Positions 59,858-64,000 of a stretch of 64,000 nt of DNA are shown piece by piece. The stretch lies in NCBI GenBank assembly GCA_963540515.1, contig CAUTNA010000001.1, forward strand, positions 74,699 to 138,698, read 5' to 3'. The position numbers and the translations under genes were made by a program. This DNA comes from an uncultured Alphaproteobacteria bacterium (GTDB lineage Bacteria > Pseudomonadota > Alphaproteobacteria > Rs-D84). The notes beneath the pieces are model-generated. The model did not search any database and was not told the origin of the DNA. It saw only the letters and a program-made list of their open reading frames with translations. Every line of letters starts with the position of its first letter. Positions within the stretch are counted from its first letter, which is position 1.

Positions 59858-60322
59858 ATGAGTTTGGATTATCAAAATTTACTAGATAAAGCTTTGAGAA
59901 ATGTAGTTAAAGAAGCATTAATTGATGTTCAATTTAATGGATTAGATGATAAAACAAGGTTTTTTATAACTTTTAAGACAGATTATAGAGGTGTCGTTAT
60001 CCCAGCTTTTTTAAAAGCCCAATATCCAGATTTAATGACAATTGTTTTACAAAGTTCATATTCTTATAGTAATTTAAATGTTTCAGATAGGGAATTTGGG
60101 GTTCAATTAACTTTTGATGGAAGACCTTGTTATATACGAGTTCCATTTGCCTCATTAGTTGAGTTTAAAGATCCTTCTGTTGATTTTATTTTACCATTTA
60201 GTTTAAAAGTAGTTCAAAACAATATAAATGATAATTCAATTGAGTTACCTTTAGAAGTAAAGGAAATTATAGAAACAAATCCAAAGATTATAAATTTAGA
60301 TGATTATAGAAATAATAAATAG
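59858..60322 (+). CDS. sspB: ClpXP adaptor SspB (stringent starvation protein B) homolog
   Basis: Pattern LLDKALRNVVKEAL...RFFITF...GVVIP...IVLQ...FDGRPCYIRVPFASLVEF matches the SspB substrate-binding fold spacing seen in alphaproteobacterial SspB. 154 aa. Confidence 0.5.
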   Translation: MSLDYQNLLDKALRNVVKEALIDVQFNGLDDKTRFFITFKTDYRGVVIPAFLKAQYPDLMTIVLQSSYSYSNLNVSDREFGVQLTFDGRPCYIRVPFASLVEFKDPSVDFILPFSLKVVQNNINDNSIELPLEVKEIIETNPKIINLDDYRNNK

Positions 60323-60512
60323 TTATCATTATTTTTTCTTAGTTTATCATTTTATTTTCTTGTTTTATAACAATAATGTTTAAACTCTTATGAAAGAGAT
60401 TGGTTTATAAAAGATTTTTTAAGATGTAATATTTACTTAATAGTTTTATTTATAATACTACTACTTATTGAACATTTTTATGGGTAAGTTTTTTTATATA
60501 TGTATTAAAATA

Positions 60513-60539
60513 AAAGGTATCATAAAGATACCTTTTTTT
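60513..60539. terminator. Bidirectional terminator AAAGGTATC-ataaa-GATACCTTT flanked by T/A runs, between convergent sspB and accC
   Basis: Read directly. 9-bp perfect stem, T7 run on the plus strand and T-rich on the minus. Confidence 0.7.
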
Positions 60540-61905
60540 ATTCTACTTCTAATTTGTCTTTTGGTTCACTTAGAAACTTTTCAAGCCAATGATTATCAAA
60601 ATTTAAAGTTTTAACATCTTTATTATTTAATAATCTTCTTTGAAGAGGTATTGTTGTTTTTATACCTTCGATCATAAATTCATCTAGGGCTCTTTGTGCT
60701 CTCATAATACATGCCGGTCTGTTTTGTGCATGTATTATAAGTTTAGCGATCATAGAATCATAAGATGATGGTATTGTATATCCCGTATAAACAGCTGAAT
60801 CAACACGGATTCCAAGTCCTCCACTTGGAGAGTAAAGTGATATTTTACCTGGATTTGGGGTAAAAGTATCTGGATCTTCAGCATTTATTCTAAATTCAAT
60901 TGCATGCCCATGTGGTACAACATTCGATTGTGTATAACCAAGTTTTTCTCCTGATGCTATGCGTATTTGTTCTCTTACTAAATCTACATTATAAACCATC
61001 TCAGTTACAGGGTGTTCTACTTGAAGTCTGGTATTCATTTCCAAAAAATAAAATTTACCATCTTCATACATAAATTCAAATGTACCTGCATTTGTATAAC
61101 CCATTTTTTTTGCTGCTGTTTTACAGATTTCAATCATATCATCACGTTGTTTTTGTGTAAGTGCAGCCGCTGGGCATTCTTCCATTACTTTTTGATTTTT
61201 TCTTTGTAAACTACAATCTCTTTCTCCAAAAACTACAACATTCCCATGTTTATCTCCAAGTATCTGAAACTCAATATGTCTTGGATGTAATAAAAGTTTT
61301 TCCATATAAAGAGTATCATCTCCAAAACTTGATCTAGCTTCATTTTTTGTAATTTGGAAAGCTTCGCTCATATCTTTTTTTGAAAGAACAGGTCTCATAC
61401 CTTTTCCACCACCACCAGCAGATGCTTTTAACATTACAGGATAACCAATTTTATCCGCCCATTCGTATGCATTTTCAAGTGATGAAACAGCTCCATCAGA
61501 ACCAGGAACAACAGGTAATCCACACTCTATTGCTGTTTTTTTAGCGTTTACTTTATCTCCCATTTTCAAAATAGTTTTTGCATCTGGTCCTATCCATATC
61601 AGTCCATGTTTTTCAACTTTTTCTACAAAGTTTGCTCGTTCTGATAAAAAACCATATCCTGGGTGAATAGCATCAGAATTAGTTAGAAGAGCAGCTGTTA
61701 ATATAGCTGATTCATTTAAATAAGAATCTTTTGCAGATGCTGGACCAATACATACTGATTCATCTGCTATTTGTACGTGTGTTGCACTCTTATCAGCTGT
61801 TGAATAAACAGCAACTGTTCTTATTCCTATATCTCTGCATGCACGGATTATTCTTAATGCTATTTCCCCGCGATTAGCAATTAAAACTTTTTTTATTTTT
61901 TTCAC
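60538..61905 (-). CDS. accC: Acetyl-CoA carboxylase biotin carboxylase subunit
   Basis: ATP-grasp. KVLIANRGEIALRIIRACRDIGI, GGGGKGMR. 455 aa. Confidence 0.95.
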   Translation of the reverse strand: MKKIKKVLIANRGEIALRIIRACRDIGIRTVAVYSTADKSATHVQIADESVCIGPASAKDSYLNESAILTAALLTNSDAIHPGYGFLSERANFVEKVEKHGLIWIGPDAKTILKMGDKVNAKKTAIECGLPVVPGSDGAVSSLENAYEWADKIGYPVMLKASAGGGGKGMRPVLSKKDMSEAFQITKNEARSSFGDDTLYMEKLLLHPRHIEFQILGDKHGNVVVFGERDCSLQRKNQKVMEECPAAALTQKQRDDMIEICKTAAKKMGYTNAGTFEFMYEDGKFYFLEMNTRLQVEHPVTEMVYNVDLVREQIRIASGEKLGYTQSNVVPHGHAIEFRINAEDPDTFTPNPGKISLYSPSGGLGIRVDSAVYTGYTIPSSYDSMIAKLIIHAQNRPACIMRAQRALDEFMIEGIKTTIPLQRRLLNNKDVKTLNFDNHWLEKFLSEPKDKLEVE

Positions 61906-61926
61906 AAGTTATACCTTTAATAAATA

Positions 61927-62382
61927 TTATTCTATAACTATCAATGGCTGATCGTATTCTACGGCTTGATTATCTATAACTAAAATTTCTTTTACTACTC
62001 CATCTTTTTCAGCTTTTACAGGGTTAAAAGTTTTCATAGCTTCAATTAATACAAGTGTTTCACCAGCTTTTACTTTTGAACCGACCGTTGTAAATGGTTT
62101 GCTATTTGGTTCAGGAGAAAGATATGCTACTCCAACCATTGGAGATTTTAAAATTGTTCCTGAAATTATTTCATTTTTTTGATCTTTATCACTATTTGCT
62201 TTTTTTTCAAAACTTTTTGCATTATTAAACTCTGGCATAGCAATAGTTGCAGCTTTACTTTTTGAAAGATGAATATGTTTTCTATAAATTCCAAAAAGAA
62301 ATTGTCTTTCTAGTTCTATTTCCATTATACCAGTATCATCCATAATTTTGGACATAGATTCAACAGTTGCTTTGAATGACAT
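61927..62382 (-). CDS. accB: Biotin carboxyl carrier protein
   Basis: Biotinyl-lysine motif EAMKT. 151 aa. Confidence 0.9.
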   Translation of the reverse strand: MSFKATVESMSKIMDDTGIMEIELERQFLFGIYRKHIHLSKSKAATIAMPEFNNAKSFEKKANSDKDQKNEIISGTILKSPMVGVAYLSPEPNSKPFTTVGSKVKAGETLVLIEAMKTFNPVKAEKDGVVKEILVIDNQAVEYDQPLIVIE

Positions 62383-62433
62383 TTATAAATCCTTTGATTA
62401 AACTACTAAATTTTAACATAATAGTACTTTAAG

Positions 62434-62649
62434 TCAAGGTACTGGGTCATATCCAAATCCACCTAAAGGATTACATCTTATAATTCTTTTAAATGACAAA
62501 TATAAACCTTTTAAAATACCATATTTTCTTAAAGCTTGTTTTGAATATTCACTACAAGAAGGTGTAAATCTACATACTAATTTTCCTCCTATTATTGGAG
62601 ATATATATTTTTGATAAATATTTATAATAAATATTAATATATTGATCAT
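62434..62649 (-). CDS. yidD: Membrane protein insertion efficiency factor YidD
   Basis: [15 protein letters not shown]...[13 protein letters not shown]. 71 aa. Confidence 0.85.
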   Translation of the reverse strand: MINILIFIINIYQKYISPIIGGKLVCRFTPSCSEYSKQALRKYGILKGLYLSFKRIIRCNPLGGFGYDPVP

Positions 62650-62969
62650 TATTTTTTAATTGTAGATTCTTCAATAATCTTCAAAAGATCTTTAAACTTT
62701 ATATTTAAAATACTTTTTTTTAATATAAAAATGTAATCTAGTTCATCTGATAATTTTTCATTCAAAATAATTAAAGATGCTTTTAACCTTCTTTTTGCTC
62801 TATTTCTTTCAATTGCTAGTTTAAAAACTTTCTTTGTTGTGATTATTCCATATCTTGGATCTTTTTTGAAAATACAAGGGCGAGTTTTTAATATAAAAAA
62901 TTCTGTTTTTATATTATTAAAACCAGTATCCTTTAAAAATTCAGAATGTTTTTTTAAAATTTTTCTCAT
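62649..62969 (-). CDS. rnpA: Ribonuclease P protein component
   Basis: Basic protein carrying an RNR-like motif ([10 protein letters not shown]). 106 aa. Sits directly upstream of yidD. Confidence 0.75.
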   Translation of the reverse strand: MRKILKKHSEFLKDTGFNNIKTEFFILKTRPCIFKKDPRYGIITTKKVFKLAIERNRAKRRLKASLIILNEKLSDELDYIFILKKSILNIKFKDLLKIIEESTIKK

Positions 62970-63055
62970 ATTAAATATTGCTAATTGGATAGTAAAATAT
63001 AATCTAAATATATTTAATAGTGAATTGATTTTTTAAAATAACAATTTTATAATGA

Positions 63056-64000
<945 letters not shown>

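Overview
The window is 64 kb of very AT-rich, gene-dense bacterial chromosome. The gene content looks like a reduced alphaproteobacterial (Rickettsiales-like) endosymbiont. Supporting this are rvh-type T4SS genes virB3-virB4, a eukaryote-like (type 2) IleS, lolCD, the accBC-yidD-rnpA block, parAB-rsmG and mnmG. I see no transposases, no CRISPR array and no obvious prophage.

Core content:
- DNA metabolism: uvrB, gyrB, topA, dnaG, recF, nth, ung and a second family-4 UDG.
- Translation: tsaE, pheST, ileS, metG, infC (with a non-AUG start), rpmI-rplT, rpmJ and seven tRNAs (Gly, Tyr, Met/Ile-CAT, fMet, Thr, Val, Cys).
- Envelope and division: mreCD-mrdA-rodA, mreB, ftsQ, an FtsA-like fusion, lpxC-lpxK, pal, lolCD and an AsmA-like protein.
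- Lipid synthesis: fabD-fabG and accBC.

The most unusual content is a compact type II secretion / type IV pilus-like gene set fused onto the lpxK-lpxC operon at 17.2-22.3 kb. It carries a GspE/PilB-family zinc-finger ATPase, a GspF/PilC-like platform protein, a coiled-coil periplasmic protein, a bitopic GspL/PilM-N-like protein and a small lipoprotein. A secretin-like outer-membrane lipoprotein sits about 8 kb away next to lolCD. No pilin or prepilin peptidase is visible in the window.

Other oddities:
- A single ORF fuses a degenerate FtsA-like actin domain to a degenerate ribulose-phosphate-3-epimerase-like barrel.
- A tRNA-adjacent orphan ORF carries an Rx5H (HEPN-like) motif.
- Candidate AT-drifted parS palindromes flank the rsmG-parAB region.
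- Attenuator-like alternative hairpins sit between rplT and pheS.
- infC has been moved away from rpmI-rplT.

All calls are from reading the sequence and the supplied ORF translations; no database searches were run.
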